This document shows positions 8,972 through 19,093 of a stretch of DNA of 64,000 bases, one piece after another. The first letter of the stretch is position 1. Each line of letters begins with the position of its first letter. Location: IMG/VR virus record IMGVR_UViG_3300020469_003050, positions 124,001 to 188,000 of that record, one strand, 5' to 3'. A model generated the notes under the pieces. It worked only from the letters and a program-made list of their open reading frames with translations, did no database searches and was not told where the DNA came from. A program made the position numbers and the translations under genes.

Positions 8972-9920
8972 TTACAAAATTCTCCATCTTATGTTTTACG
9001 TGTTCGTAGAAAATCATATTTCCTTCGATACTTGGATGAACCCAATTAAATAAGCCTTTATCTTCTAATTGCTTCCAGACATCATATTGCTCATGTATGT
9101 AATCAATAATGCTTGGCTCAATGTTATTTTTCTTTATCGTTGAACCTTTCCACGACATTATTGGATTCATAATCAAAGACATAAGTTGTCTAGTACTTTC
9201 ACCAGGTCTCCAAGTGTATTTATCTAAATTGTGAGCCTGCATATGTTTTTCTATGTCTGCTTGTTTGATATAAATCTTCAATGTTTGATGTAAGAAGTCT
9301 GCACCTAAATTTGGATTCATACCTTTGATGCCTGCATGTTCACATAGTATATTCTGCCAACTAGGTTCTAATACTGTAAGATTTTCATATGGTTTAACAT
9401 CTTCATATGTTATATCTGTATGAGCGCCTAATATTCCAATCGGTACTTCTAAACTATTCATTGCCTCTAAATCTAAATGTAAAAGTTCGTTTCGTTGTTC
9501 TAACCAATCTGGGTTCTTAAAAAATCTATCAACCCATGATCCTACATTGATGCCCTTAGTTATTATTTCTGATTCTTGATAAGAGGGCCAACACATCTTT
9601 CTTGTTTCTTTTTCGTAATACAATCTTGCTATCGGGTCACACATAACCCAAATCACAGGTTTCTTCTTTACTTGATTAGAAATGTTTCCAGATGATAAAC
9701 ATCGTTGTACACAAGTTAAATTACCTATACCGTGAGTAGGTAACCATGCATGTCTCTTTTTGCCAAACGTATGATTAAATTCTTCTGCAAACATATCTCC
9801 TATGTTTATATCTTTTCCTTCACCGTCATTTCCTAAAGGTGTAGAATAACTTTGTACAGCCCAACTAGGACCTATGTAAATAATGTCGTTGTCGTATAGG
9901 ACATTATCTGATACAAACAT
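8955..9920 (-). CDS. SGNH-like protein
   Basis: IYIGPSWA near the N-terminus and NWVHPSIEGN at the C-terminus. The likely start is the ATG at 9920, just after the fcl-like stop; the ORF track extends to 9977. Confidence 0.5.
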   Translation of the reverse strand: MFVSDNVLYDNDIIYIGPSWAVQSYSTPLGNDGEGKDINIGDMFAEEFNHTFGKKRHAWLPTHGIGNLTCVQRCLSSGNISNQVKKKPVIWVMCDPIARLYYEKETRKMCWPSYQESEIITKGINVGSWVDRFFKNPDWLEQRNELLHLDLEAMNSLEVPIGILGAHTDITYEDVKPYENLTVLEPSWQNILCEHAGIKGMNPNLGADFLHQTLKIYIKQADIEKHMQAHNLDKYTWRPGESTRQLMSLIMNPIMSWKGSTIKKNNIEPSIIDYIHEQYDVWKQLEDKGLFNWVHPSIEGNMIFYEHVKHKMENFVNAHKE

Positions 9921-9921
9921 G

Positions 9922-10827
9922 TCATGCTTCTTGTGTTCCATTATCATAATACCACTTATATGTTTTGGCGAATGCATCTTCCATAGAGTATTTAGGAACC
10001 CACCCTAACTCTTTTAAACGTGAGTTGTCTATCGCTCTGTTTTTAATTCCTTCAGGTCTATCAGTATTGAACCAAAGTTTGCCTTTGTACCCACTGACTT
10101 TAATTAATAGTTCAGCTATTTCTCTAATAGAAATCTCAAAACCACTTGCTACGTTAACTGTATCATACTTGTCGTTGTTTAGAATTATATCCATTGCCTC
10201 AACTGCATCTTCAATATAAAGTATATCTCTGCTTTGATTACCGGAACCCCATATCTCAATACTGTCTGAATTGTTTTTACATGCATCGACAAACTTTTGC
10301 ATTAATGCACCTATGACATGTGCATGTTCTCCTACTCTATCGTGTGGTCCAAACATGTTTGTATTGATTGCAGTACGCCAATGTGTATCATACTTTTCAT
10401 TACTTGCTCTACATTGATACATACCCATTAGCTTAGGCAAAGCAGTTGGGAAGTAAGTAGAGTACGGTTCGCCTTGTAGTAACTGAGTTTCTTTATATGG
10501 TTGTTCGCCAATCTCAGGATAACTACATGTGCTTCCTTGTAGTAATACTCTATCTGTTCTTGCAAAACGACACGCCTCAAATATATTATTTTGAATTGTT
10601 AAGTTCTTAATCATTAACTCAAAACTCTTATCTAAGTCTTCTTGTAAGCCACCTACAGTAGCCGCATTTATAACTACGTGTGTGGGCTTCTTTATATGTA
10701 TGTCTTGTTTAGTTGAGATACGTGACGTATAGTTTGCATTTTGAGTATTGCCTCCTTCTGCATCAGGTATTAGTTTCTTATACCACGTTCCTACTAGTCC
10801 TCTATCTCCTGCTATATAGTATTTCAT
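9922..10827 (-). CDS. fcl: GDP-L-fucose synthase-like epimerase/reductase
   Basis: IAGDRGLVG, AATVGG, NLTIQNN, GSTCSYP, NMFGPHD, IWGSGNQSRDILYIED. Confidence 0.85.
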   Translation of the reverse strand: MKYYIAGDRGLVGTWYKKLIPDAEGGNTQNANYTSRISTKQDIHIKKPTHVVINAATVGGLQEDLDKSFELMIKNLTIQNNIFEACRFARTDRVLLQGSTCSYPEIGEQPYKETQLLQGEPYSTYFPTALPKLMGMYQCRASNEKYDTHWRTAINTNMFGPHDRVGEHAHVIGALMQKFVDACKNNSDSIEIWGSGNQSRDILYIEDAVEAMDIILNNDKYDTVNVASGFEISIREIAELLIKVSGYKGKLWFNTDRPEGIKNRAIDNSRLKELGWVPKYSMEDAFAKTYKWYYDNGTQEA

Positions 10828-13439
10828 TCATTCTTTTCCTTATGAATAATAAAGTAATTATTCATTTCTAAAGTTGGACAATGTTTAGTTGACTGAGGCT
10901 TCTGATGTCCTCTATGTTCGCTTTGCCATGTCGCAACGGTGCCTTGTTCATTTCTAAATCCATCAAACGATGAGTAAGCATATGGGAACGGTTGTATGAC
11001 TGCACTGCCGCCAACATTGAGTTGACTCATAATACACTTTGTAAAATAATGTATGTCATTAACATCATACGGTGCAAAGAATGTATTAGTATCTTTATTC
11101 TTGTCTACTACTTGCCATGCCTGTGATATGTTTCCATTTAGTAGTCTTACAATTTTATCTGTTTTCCAGAATACGTTTGACATATTCATAAGTATTATAT
11201 CATATCTTTCCGCAGAATCAAAGTCTTTTCCGTACATATTGTCGCTATTGTCTAACAAATCAAAAGGAGTCTGAGGCTCAATATGTATATCTGCTGGTTC
11301 TGTTATACCTAATGTCTTCCAAATAAGTTTAAGTTCATCAAGCGAATCACCTGCTTCTTTGTATGAGTTAGTAGAATGTACATTTGTAAATCCTTGACTT
11401 TTTAAGAAGTGAGGCATAAATCCAAAGTGTGTTCCTATATCAAGTATCTTAATATCTTTAGGTGCATAGTTTAATCCTAAGTTATCAAGTATCATACTAT
11501 GATTAACCCAATATGCAGACTCTAAAGATGACTCTAGGTATTGTGAATGTCTTTTTAGTTTCTTAGTTAATACTTTGTATTCTTTTTTATAAACGTCTTT
11601 GAATGTATCAAAGTATTGTTCAAACCCTACACCTATCTTTGCGATGTTGTGTGGTTTTCTAAATCTCCAAGAACCATATTCATTATACATTGTCCAATCC
11701 CATTTATAGTTTTCATCTACGAATAAAATTTCTTCTGGAGTTAATTGACGTGGAGTATGTATTTCTTCTTCGTATAATATATCTGCGATGCGCCTTCCTG
11801 AATCTCTGTGACCAAAATCATCGTTCCAATCTTTGCATCTTGCATAATAACCTTCACGATGTATGTCGTCCATATCAATAGTATAACAAACATTTAGGTC
11901 ATACATGTAACCAGTCTGTTCTAACAAGTCATTATTAACATCATCATTGTTTTCTAAGTAACTTGCGTATCTTTTATGAGGGTGTCTTGTAATCGCAATA
12001 GCTGGTATTTTAGATACGTTATCTAAATTATTTTTATCAACTAATCTATATGCAAGTCTAGGTGCAACTTTGTTTTTTATTGCACCGTCTAAATTTCCTG
12101 CTATAGGTATAATTATTGTATTTGTGTTTTCACTATACCATACATATTTTGTCTTTTCTCTTTTAACTTCTTCATCATCTGCTTTGTCTTCTAATTGAGG
12201 TTTGTAGTCTAATAAACTCAAAGACTTGAATGCATCTTTGTATACACTAGGTGTATATACATTTTTATAATGATTGTAGTTGTGTTCTAATATTTCTTGT
12301 AATTCTTTACTGTATGTTATTCCATTCTTTACGTCAACTGTATCTACAATTTCTTTTACAACATCAGTTATAGCATCTATTCTTTCTTCGTAAGCTAATT
12401 CATCATAGCTTTCATCCCAAAATTTATCAAACGTTTTGAACCCTAAGTTTTTTATATTTCTTAAATACTTTCTATCACCTACTATAATGAAAGGTTTCTT
12501 ACATAGTATTGCTTGTGAAAGTTTTTCACTTATCGAAACATACTCATCACTGTGCGTAAACTCTGTAATTAGTTCTACGTATGTTCTCTTTCTATATGGA
12601 AGTAATTCTTCTATTCTGTTTAAAGATGAACTTGCTAACCATTCGTCCCTCTGACAATTCATACTATATGGCAATTCTGTTTTATAATAATCCCATAATA
12701 TTTTATTAGCCATATCTTTATTATATACATCTGGTACTCTGCCGTATATTGCATTTACATCACTATCATATAGAGGATCACCTTCTCCTCTATTATTTGT
12801 ACCAAGAAAACTAAAGTAGAAATTATCTTTTATATTAACTTTCTTTTCTAACAACTTACTTAAAGTGTCAAGTCGATGTGGTCTAATTCTTTTATTAAGA
12901 AATAGAACGTGTTTGTTTGTTAACTCATCTTCTGAAAATTCCCATTTTTCGTGATACTCATTTGATACTTTGTTTTCTTCGTAATCTGAAAATCTTAAAG
13001 TACTAGATGAAACAGTCAAGTAATCTATTGATCCTTTTGGTTTTAGATGTTCATACATAGACCAATACTTTACATTCTTTGCATATGATTTAGTAGAATA
13101 AAACTTATCTATCTTCTCATAGTAACTAAATGGTATAAGTTCTGCACCCATATCGAATACAATACAAGTATTACCTTGCTCTAAATCTTTTGTGATAGAC
13201 TTGTCGTTCAATACTTCATCGATTAGTTTATCAGTAAGAGTTAAGTAATCATACCCATCAAATTCATCTTCATCAAAATACTTACATGCTATCCAAGGAG
13301 AAACAAAATAATATTTTTCAAACCTAACAGTAGGGTGTAACTCATCAACAAAGTTTTGATATAAGTCATAATGCTGAGGTTCGCCATGTATAGTTTTGAT
13401 TAAAGGTGAACGATTTATTATCCATTTATTATAGTACAT
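10824..13439 (-). CDS. 871 aa fusion: glycosyltransferase-like + sulfotransferase-like + class I methyltransferase domains
   Basis: N-part LFLNKRIRPHR...ISEKLSQAILCKKPFIIVG...LGFKTFDKFWDESYD; middle ITRHPHKRYASY...FVDENYKWDWTMY; C-part KILDIGTHFGFMPHFL. Confidence 0.6.
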   Translation of the reverse strand: MYYNKWIINRSPLIKTIHGEPQHYDLYQNFVDELHPTVRFEKYYFVSPWIACKYFDEDEFDGYDYLTLTDKLIDEVLNDKSITKDLEQGNTCIVFDMGAELIPFSYYEKIDKFYSTKSYAKNVKYWSMYEHLKPKGSIDYLTVSSSTLRFSDYEENKVSNEYHEKWEFSEDELTNKHVLFLNKRIRPHRLDTLSKLLEKKVNIKDNFYFSFLGTNNRGEGDPLYDSDVNAIYGRVPDVYNKDMANKILWDYYKTELPYSMNCQRDEWLASSSLNRIEELLPYRKRTYVELITEFTHSDEYVSISEKLSQAILCKKPFIIVGDRKYLRNIKNLGFKTFDKFWDESYDELAYEERIDAITDVVKEIVDTVDVKNGITYSKELQEILEHNYNHYKNVYTPSVYKDAFKSLSLLDYKPQLEDKADDEEVKREKTKYVWYSENTNTIIIPIAGNLDGAIKNKVAPRLAYRLVDKNNLDNVSKIPAIAITRHPHKRYASYLENNDDVNNDLLEQTGYMYDLNVCYTIDMDDIHREGYYARCKDWNDDFGHRDSGRRIADILYEEEIHTPRQLTPEEILFVDENYKWDWTMYNEYGSWRFRKPHNIAKIGVGFEQYFDTFKDVYKKEYKVLTKKLKRHSQYLESSLESAYWVNHSMILDNLGLNYAPKDIKILDIGTHFGFMPHFLKSQGFTNVHSTNSYKEAGDSLDELKLIWKTLGITEPADIHIEPQTPFDLLDNSDNMYGKDFDSAERYDIILMNMSNVFWKTDKIVRLLNGNISQAWQVVDKNKDTNTFFAPYDVNDIHYFTKCIMSQLNVGGSAVIQPFPYAYSSFDGFRNEQGTVATWQSEHRGHQKPQSTKHCPTLEMNNYFIIHKEKNE

Positions 13440-14686
13440 TAAATCAGACTCCTTTCTGCTTTAATACTATCTTTAGTTTTCTTAAATTCATGATTAGTTT
13501 TCTTTCCACAAAATATTGAACATGTTATTAATCGTTTATCTCTGATATCACGACTTTTAAAATTATCTGGCCATCTGCCTTGAAACATTGGACCGTTTAT
13601 TATATCTTTCAAACTATTATATTCCAAACTTATATTTCTTGTACCATATGAGTTAATGAAATCTTGCAACTGTGAAACTTCATATGAACTAGGATTAGCA
13701 TAGTATTTACTTGCAGTAAAACAACAAGGAAAAACTAAACCATCGTGACCTATAAAAATACCCTTTCTAGGTATAGCAACACAATGAATATCTGTTTGAC
13801 CTAATTCTATTTCATGAGGAGATAATGTTCTTTTGTTATCTATAATTTGTTTATCCATTCTGGGTTTCCAGAATGCTTTTGGATCATTAAATTTTTTAGC
13901 TAACTCATCTGGTTCAATCGATTGTTCTTCTGACTTAGTAAAGCCTGCATCTTTTAAGTATAGTTTAATTTCATTAGTATTTAAACTCTTATCTTGTTGT
14001 TCTATAAAGTAATCTAATTGACCATCATCTTTTAATACTTTCATCCAACTATTATATTTTCTACCATCTTCTGTAATAGGTTGATTAACAAATCCTAATG
14101 CCTCTTTAGCAAAGAACTGTAGCAACCCTATATCTACTGCTAGTTGTTTTGCTTCTTCGACTTGATGTTGGTTGTGCTTAAATACAAGAAACTCCCATTT
14201 GCCTCTGCCACCCGCTTTAACAAACCACTTCATTGCATTCATTATCTTTTTCCAGTGAGTTCCTCTTCTGTAAATATGATTTGTATCTTCAAGACCATCT
14301 ACACTAAAAGTTAAAATACATCCTTCATCACTAAACAACTTTCCTAATTCAGTCCAAAATTCTTCATTTCTACCACTAGCATTAGTATTCATTGTTACGT
14401 ATATTTTAGGATTTATACTTTTTATATATTTTAATATATTAACTAATTCTGGATTAGTCATTGCATCGCCGTAGTTTCCGCATAATTGTAAACCATATAA
14501 CTGAGCGATAAATTCATTTGGCAACCAAGATTTTAATCTATCTAGTGTTAGATATGTTTCTTTATAAGAAGTATTCTTTGGTCCTCCTTGTTGTCTACGA
14601 TTGCATATAGGACATTTGGCATTACAAAGACTGCTCATTTCTAAGTCTAAGTGTAGTATATCTTTGTAAAGATAAAGTAAAGACAT
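13439..14686 (-). CDS. radical SAM protein with C-terminal SPASM/twitch-like cysteines
   Basis: CNAKCPIC, LCGNYGD, FSVDG, YRRGT; C-terminal C...GLVFPCC...CSIFC. Confidence 0.9.
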   Translation of the reverse strand: MSLLYLYKDILHLDLEMSSLCNAKCPICNRRQQGGPKNTSYKETYLTLDRLKSWLPNEFIAQLYGLQLCGNYGDAMTNPELVNILKYIKSINPKIYVTMNTNASGRNEEFWTELGKLFSDEGCILTFSVDGLEDTNHIYRRGTHWKKIMNAMKWFVKAGGRGKWEFLVFKHNQHQVEEAKQLAVDIGLLQFFAKEALGFVNQPITEDGRKYNSWMKVLKDDGQLDYFIEQQDKSLNTNEIKLYLKDAGFTKSEEQSIEPDELAKKFNDPKAFWKPRMDKQIIDNKRTLSPHEIELGQTDIHCVAIPRKGIFIGHDGLVFPCCFTASKYYANPSSYEVSQLQDFINSYGTRNISLEYNSLKDIINGPMFQGRWPDNFKSRDIRDKRLITCSIFCGKKTNHEFKKTKDSIKAERSLI

Positions 14687-15873
14687 TAGAAATACTCCCT
14701 AAACTCAGGTAAATAATCTTTTATGTCCTGCTTTCTTATTTCATCTAAGTTCTTAGTATACTCAATCGCTTTTTGCCATTTATCTTTTCTATCAGGACCA
14801 CTAAACATTTTTTCAAATTCTCTTAGCTTCCAACTTTCAAACACGTTAGAAAATTTCTTATGTATTCTATCTCTCATTTCTTTTGGTAATACTGCTGGAG
14901 ATAATATATCTGGGTCGTATACATAATTGTGATGTACCCATACTCCATGTTGTCTATGAAAGAAATTATAAAAATCACCTAGTGTAGAGTAGTTCATCCA
15001 TGATACAGTCTGTGTTACATCAATCTCAAAGCCTTCTTCTTTCAGTCTTAAGAAGTTTTTAATAACTGAATCCCATTGTGTGGGATATCTTATGTAATGA
15101 TTTCTATCTTCTAAATCATCTATGCTACAACTTACTTTCACATGGTCAAACTTTTTCCACAGGTCTATAACTTTGTCATTCATGTTTGTCATGTTAATAT
15201 TATACCAAAGTTTTATATCTGTTTTTCCTAAATCTACTAGTCTTTCTAAAAATCTAAAGTGTTCTTTAATGAGTGTTGGTTCACCACCATTAATATAAAA
15301 TGTTTTTACTCTGTCACAATGTTGTAATAAGTCTTCCCAAAATCCATCACGCTCAGGCCATCTAAAGCCTTCCATCGTATCGTATGTTGTTAACTTAAAT
15401 GTAGTTTTCTTTTGTAGAGCATCGTAATCATTTCTCCACTTACTTGAACTTGCTGGATTACATGTACGACATGCTACATTGCATACATTACCTAATCTTA
15501 ATTCAACAAACTCTAGCTGAACATCTTTCATGAAGCCATCGCTATCAGTGGCTTCCCTAGCAACTTCTACAGTGTACTCAGAATAGTTTTTGATTTCTTC
15601 TGTTCTTTTAGAAGACATGCCTTTAGCTTCTTCGGCATAACAACGAATACATGCTTTAGGTTTTTTACCCTCTAACACTTCTAGTCTTGCTTTCTTATAG
15701 CTTTTGCTATTCATTGTATCAAACACGGTGTCACGGTTTAGATTATAAAATCTATCACCATCACGTGAACTACTCAACGAATTACGATGGTCAGCAACAC
15801 AACAATGTGTTACCCCACCATGCGGGTGCGTTGCAAGGTGTTGAAATAATAATGGACAAAAAGTATCGCTCAC
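14686..15873 (-). CDS. N-terminal twitch-domain radical SAM protein
   Basis: FCPLLF...HCC...CIRCY before CNVACRTC; FYINGGEP; CSIDD. Confidence 0.9.
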   Translation of the reverse strand: MSDTFCPLLFQHLATHPHGGVTHCCVADHRNSLSSSRDGDRFYNLNRDTVFDTMNSKSYKKARLEVLEGKKPKACIRCYAEEAKGMSSKRTEEIKNYSEYTVEVAREATDSDGFMKDVQLEFVELRLGNVCNVACRTCNPASSSKWRNDYDALQKKTTFKLTTYDTMEGFRWPERDGFWEDLLQHCDRVKTFYINGGEPTLIKEHFRFLERLVDLGKTDIKLWYNINMTNMNDKVIDLWKKFDHVKVSCSIDDLEDRNHYIRYPTQWDSVIKNFLRLKEEGFEIDVTQTVSWMNYSTLGDFYNFFHRQHGVWVHHNYVYDPDILSPAVLPKEMRDRIHKKFSNVFESWKLREFEKMFSGPDRKDKWQKAIEYTKNLDEIRKQDIKDYLPEFREYF

Positions 15874-15874
15874 G

Positions 15875-16687
15875 TTATAGCCATCCTAGTTGTTCTAATT
15901 TTGGTTTTAATTTTTCTTTTGTAAACATTTCATAACCTTTAATACTAGGATGATGACTTTCTTCAAACTTATCACCTCTACTTTCTGCATATTCTAGTAT
16001 ACTATCTTCTATATATTCTATTCCTAGTTGTTTAAACGCATCACATAATCTTTCTTTTGAATTCATTAAAGCCGTATCCCAACCAAATACTACTAAAAGT
16101 TTTGCATTGCTTAGTTTTATACCATGCAATACTGCTACTAAACTATACATTGTCCAAGGATTAATCCGTCTTCCTTCACCTAATAATGTATAAATCTCTT
16201 TTGGTTCACGTTTCATTCCAGACTTAATCCATTCATTACACGATGGATCAAATCCAAATGATGTGATATCACCATCGAATTTGTTTTTTATGTTTGTCAC
16301 AGAACCGGGTAGTTTCTTCAATTCTCTTTTCTTATACCCTTTACTAATATTGTCTCCCCACAAATCTTTATTAACATTGTTAATAGGTATAGTAAGTCTT
16401 CCAGGATTAGTTACTTGAAAAATTACTATGTCATTGCTTTTTATTTCTCCATCAAGTAAAGCACATGTATATTTTGCTATTGCACTATGAACACCTGAGC
16501 CTGGTATAGCCCAACTTTTCATTTCAATATTATTTGAATCCCATATGCATGGGTCAAAGTTTTCTATTGCTCCATTTCTTCTCCATACATGACCTGGTTT
16601 GATATCATGGGATAGATGGGTCCAATGATGTTGTGCAGTTAAGCTACAACCAAATGCTCTAATTCTTGTTTTCTTTTTAGCCATCAA
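15875..16687 (-). CDS. SGNH-like protein
   Basis: RAFGCSLT, AIPGSG, C-terminal SHHPSIKGY. Confidence 0.6.
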   Translation of the reverse strand: MMAKKKTRIRAFGCSLTAQHHWTHLSHDIKPGHVWRRNGAIENFDPCIWDSNNIEMKSWAIPGSGVHSAIAKYTCALLDGEIKSNDIVIFQVTNPGRLTIPINNVNKDLWGDNISKGYKKRELKKLPGSVTNIKNKFDGDITSFGFDPSCNEWIKSGMKREPKEIYTLLGEGRRINPWTMYSLVAVLHGIKLSNAKLLVVFGWDTALMNSKERLCDAFKQLGIEYIEDSILEYAESRGDKFEESHHPSIKGYEMFTKEKLKPKLEQLGWL

Positions 16688-17666
16688 TTAATTCTATGTG
16701 ATATATACCTGTACATTTCATAAGTTCAGACATCACTCCTTCTTTTGTTTTGCCTTCCATATTTAATTTTCCTAATTTAACTCTACCACTAGTAAACTCA
16801 GGTTTACTAAAGTCATAATACTGGTCAAGATTATTATTCTTAACCCACTTCGCTAACTCATCTATAGGATAATAAGGTTCTCCTTCATGTCCCCACCTCT
16901 TAAATCTCATTTCAAAACAAGTGTGAACTGTGTTTTGTTGAGAAAGTTTCTTTGTTGTTACTAAAGGTAAATCATTTGAGGCGTAACATGCCATTAAGTC
17001 TTTGCCAACTCTAAAGTAGTCAAGAGTCAAATCACCCCAATCATGATACACTGTAAAATTTTTGTAATCAGCTTCTTCTAGCGGTTCTTGTTGTACTGCT
17101 CCCATGCCGTCACCTCTAGTGACAACACGACACGTTCCAAAAAATTCTAGTTCAGGATCTTCGCCCATATGATATTCAAGGCCTTCCATAGAGTGAACTA
17201 GTTGATTAATTTCTTCTAACCAAACATAGATATCTCCATGCTCAATATATTCAAGAACTTCATTATCTTGTAAATGATTTGACTCATCTTCAAAGTATTC
17301 ATGCAATGCATTCAATTTATCTAATTCTGGATTAACTGAATTTACATCTAATACAAGTTTAGGGTCAACGTTGTTCACTATGTCAACTGTTTTCATTTTT
17401 TCAATTATCCAATTCATTCTATTCTTCATTTGAACAAATCTTCTTTTATCGATAGTTGGATAGAAGTTCCATGATGTTGACCATTCTCCATATGATTGAG
17501 TTTTCTTCATCAATCTAATAAATTTGTTTGTAGTACTACATCGTCTTGTTAAATCATAATCCATGACATAACGTTTGCTTTCGGGTATCTCTTTGACTGG
17601 TAAATACTTATCTCCTCTTAAAGGAGGTATCATCTTTTCCTGAGACATTGTTACTCTGAGTTTCAT
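16677..17666 (-). CDS. hypothetical protein in the radical SAM cluster
   Basis: Long ORF; likely start ATG 17666 forms an ATGA overlap with the upstream stop; no motif recognised. Confidence 0.7.
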   Translation of the reverse strand: MKLRVTMSQEKMIPPLRGDKYLPVKEIPESKRYVMDYDLTRRCSTTNKFIRLMKKTQSYGEWSTSWNFYPTIDKRRFVQMKNRMNWIIEKMKTVDIVNNVDPKLVLDVNSVNPELDKLNALHEYFEDESNHLQDNEVLEYIEHGDIYVWLEEINQLVHSMEGLEYHMGEDPELEFFGTCRVVTRGDGMGAVQQEPLEEADYKNFTVYHDWGDLTLDYFRVGKDLMACYASNDLPLVTTKKLSQQNTVHTCFEMRFKRWGHEGEPYYPIDELAKWVKNNNLDQYYDFSKPEFTSGRVKLGKLNMEGKTKEGVMSELMKCTGIYHIELIDG

Positions 17667-19093
17667 TTTCTTTCCTTTCTTGTCCACCACTCGTATAGTT
17701 CTGGATCTCGTTTGTAAATATCTTCCAAACGATATTGCTCTTGTCTAATTCTATCAAGTTGTTCCTGATAGTTTCTTCCATTGAAAAACTGTTGCTCATG
17801 TGTCTCAGGCCACTGTTCTTCAAATGTTTGCCTATCTTTCATACCTACTAATGTATTTACTAGAGTTTGTTGCTTAGGAGTTGCCCTTGGCTTAATATAG
17901 GCTAGTAAATCGTCTAAATGCCTATTCAATATATGCTTAGGCCATGCAAAAGGACTAAACACAATATCAGCATGAAAGGCGAACATAATCTTTGTTTCTA
18001 TTCTTACGTCTAATTCTAAACTTAAATCAAATAAATCTTTAATACTAAACATGCCGGGACCTGTAATAGTTAAGTCGAATAGCATCTTATCTTTACCACC
18101 TGGTGCCGCTAGTCCTTTCTTAAAGTTAGCTAACCACTCGTCCCATACAATACCTTTACGAATGAACTCTACGATATCACCTGTACCATCGATACTTGCA
18201 CACATTAACCAGTCTTTGAACTGAGGTAGATAATCAAATAATTCCATACCCTTAAATGTTGTACGAGACAAATTAGAGTTATATCTTAAGTGACAATTCT
18301 TTGCAGAACCATTAGCGACCATTTCTTTTAATGCCCACCAATGTATATCATACATAAGTGGCTCTCCGCCTACCCAATATATTTCTTCTACAATACCATC
18401 ACTAATTGCTTTCTTAAATTCTGGTTCAACAACTGTACGCTGAAACTTTACCATCTTCTGTTTTACAGTTGGTTGCATAAATGGTTGATGTTCAATCGAC
18501 CACATGTTGTGTTTCTTCTTTTCTGCTTCCCACGAACTTGATAATTGTTCACCACACATACGACATTTAAAGTTACATAAGTTAGAGTAACGATAGTCAA
18601 ATGATATAGCAGGCATTGTTGTATGACCGTCATCATCTGTCTTATCGAATGCTTCTTGTATCTTGTCTCTGAATAGTACACCAGTAAACCATTTACGATA
18701 AGATGATAGACTTAGAATATCGTCATTACAAACATCACATTGTGGAATACGTTCTCCAGACATTAGTTTCTTTCTAATATCTTTCATGTATTGAGAGTTC
18801 CAATGTTCATCTAATGATGTAGGATTAAAGTCATCTGCATCTGTTTTAGAATCTTTTACTTCACCATATCTTTCATCATTAGATGCATCGATATATTGTT
18901 TCTGAAACGAATGTTCTTCACGTGATGCACAACATAGTCTACGTTCACCTTGAGGAGATATATAGGTATGAGACCACGGAGCCATACAGAAAGTTTTGTT
19001 TTTACTTTCTTCTGCACAACTTCCGTCGCTTTTCCAGATAGGTATTATCTTCTTATTCAAGTGTATAGACTCCAGTTGATTCGTCATATTCAC
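17663..19093 (-). CDS. N-terminal twitch-domain radical SAM protein
   Basis: FCMAPW...LCC...CDVC before CNFKCRMC; YWVGGEP; ASIDG. The probable start is TTG at 19060 (GGAG upstream). Confidence 0.9.
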   Translation of the reverse strand: MNMTNQLESIHLNKKIIPIWKSDGSCAEESKNKTFCMAPWSHTYISPQGERRLCCASREEHSFQKQYIDASNDERYGEVKDSKTDADDFNPTSLDEHWNSQYMKDIRKKLMSGERIPQCDVCNDDILSLSSYRKWFTGVLFRDKIQEAFDKTDDDGHTTMPAISFDYRYSNLCNFKCRMCGEQLSSSWEAEKKKHNMWSIEHQPFMQPTVKQKMVKFQRTVVEPEFKKAISDGIVEEIYWVGGEPLMYDIHWWALKEMVANGSAKNCHLRYNSNLSRTTFKGMELFDYLPQFKDWLMCASIDGTGDIVEFIRKGIVWDEWLANFKKGLAAPGGKDKMLFDLTITGPGMFSIKDLFDLSLELDVRIETKIMFAFHADIVFSPFAWPKHILNRHLDDLLAYIKPRATPKQQTLVNTLVGMKDRQTFEEQWPETHEQQFFNGRNYQEQLDRIRQEQYRLEDIYKRDPELYEWWTRKERK

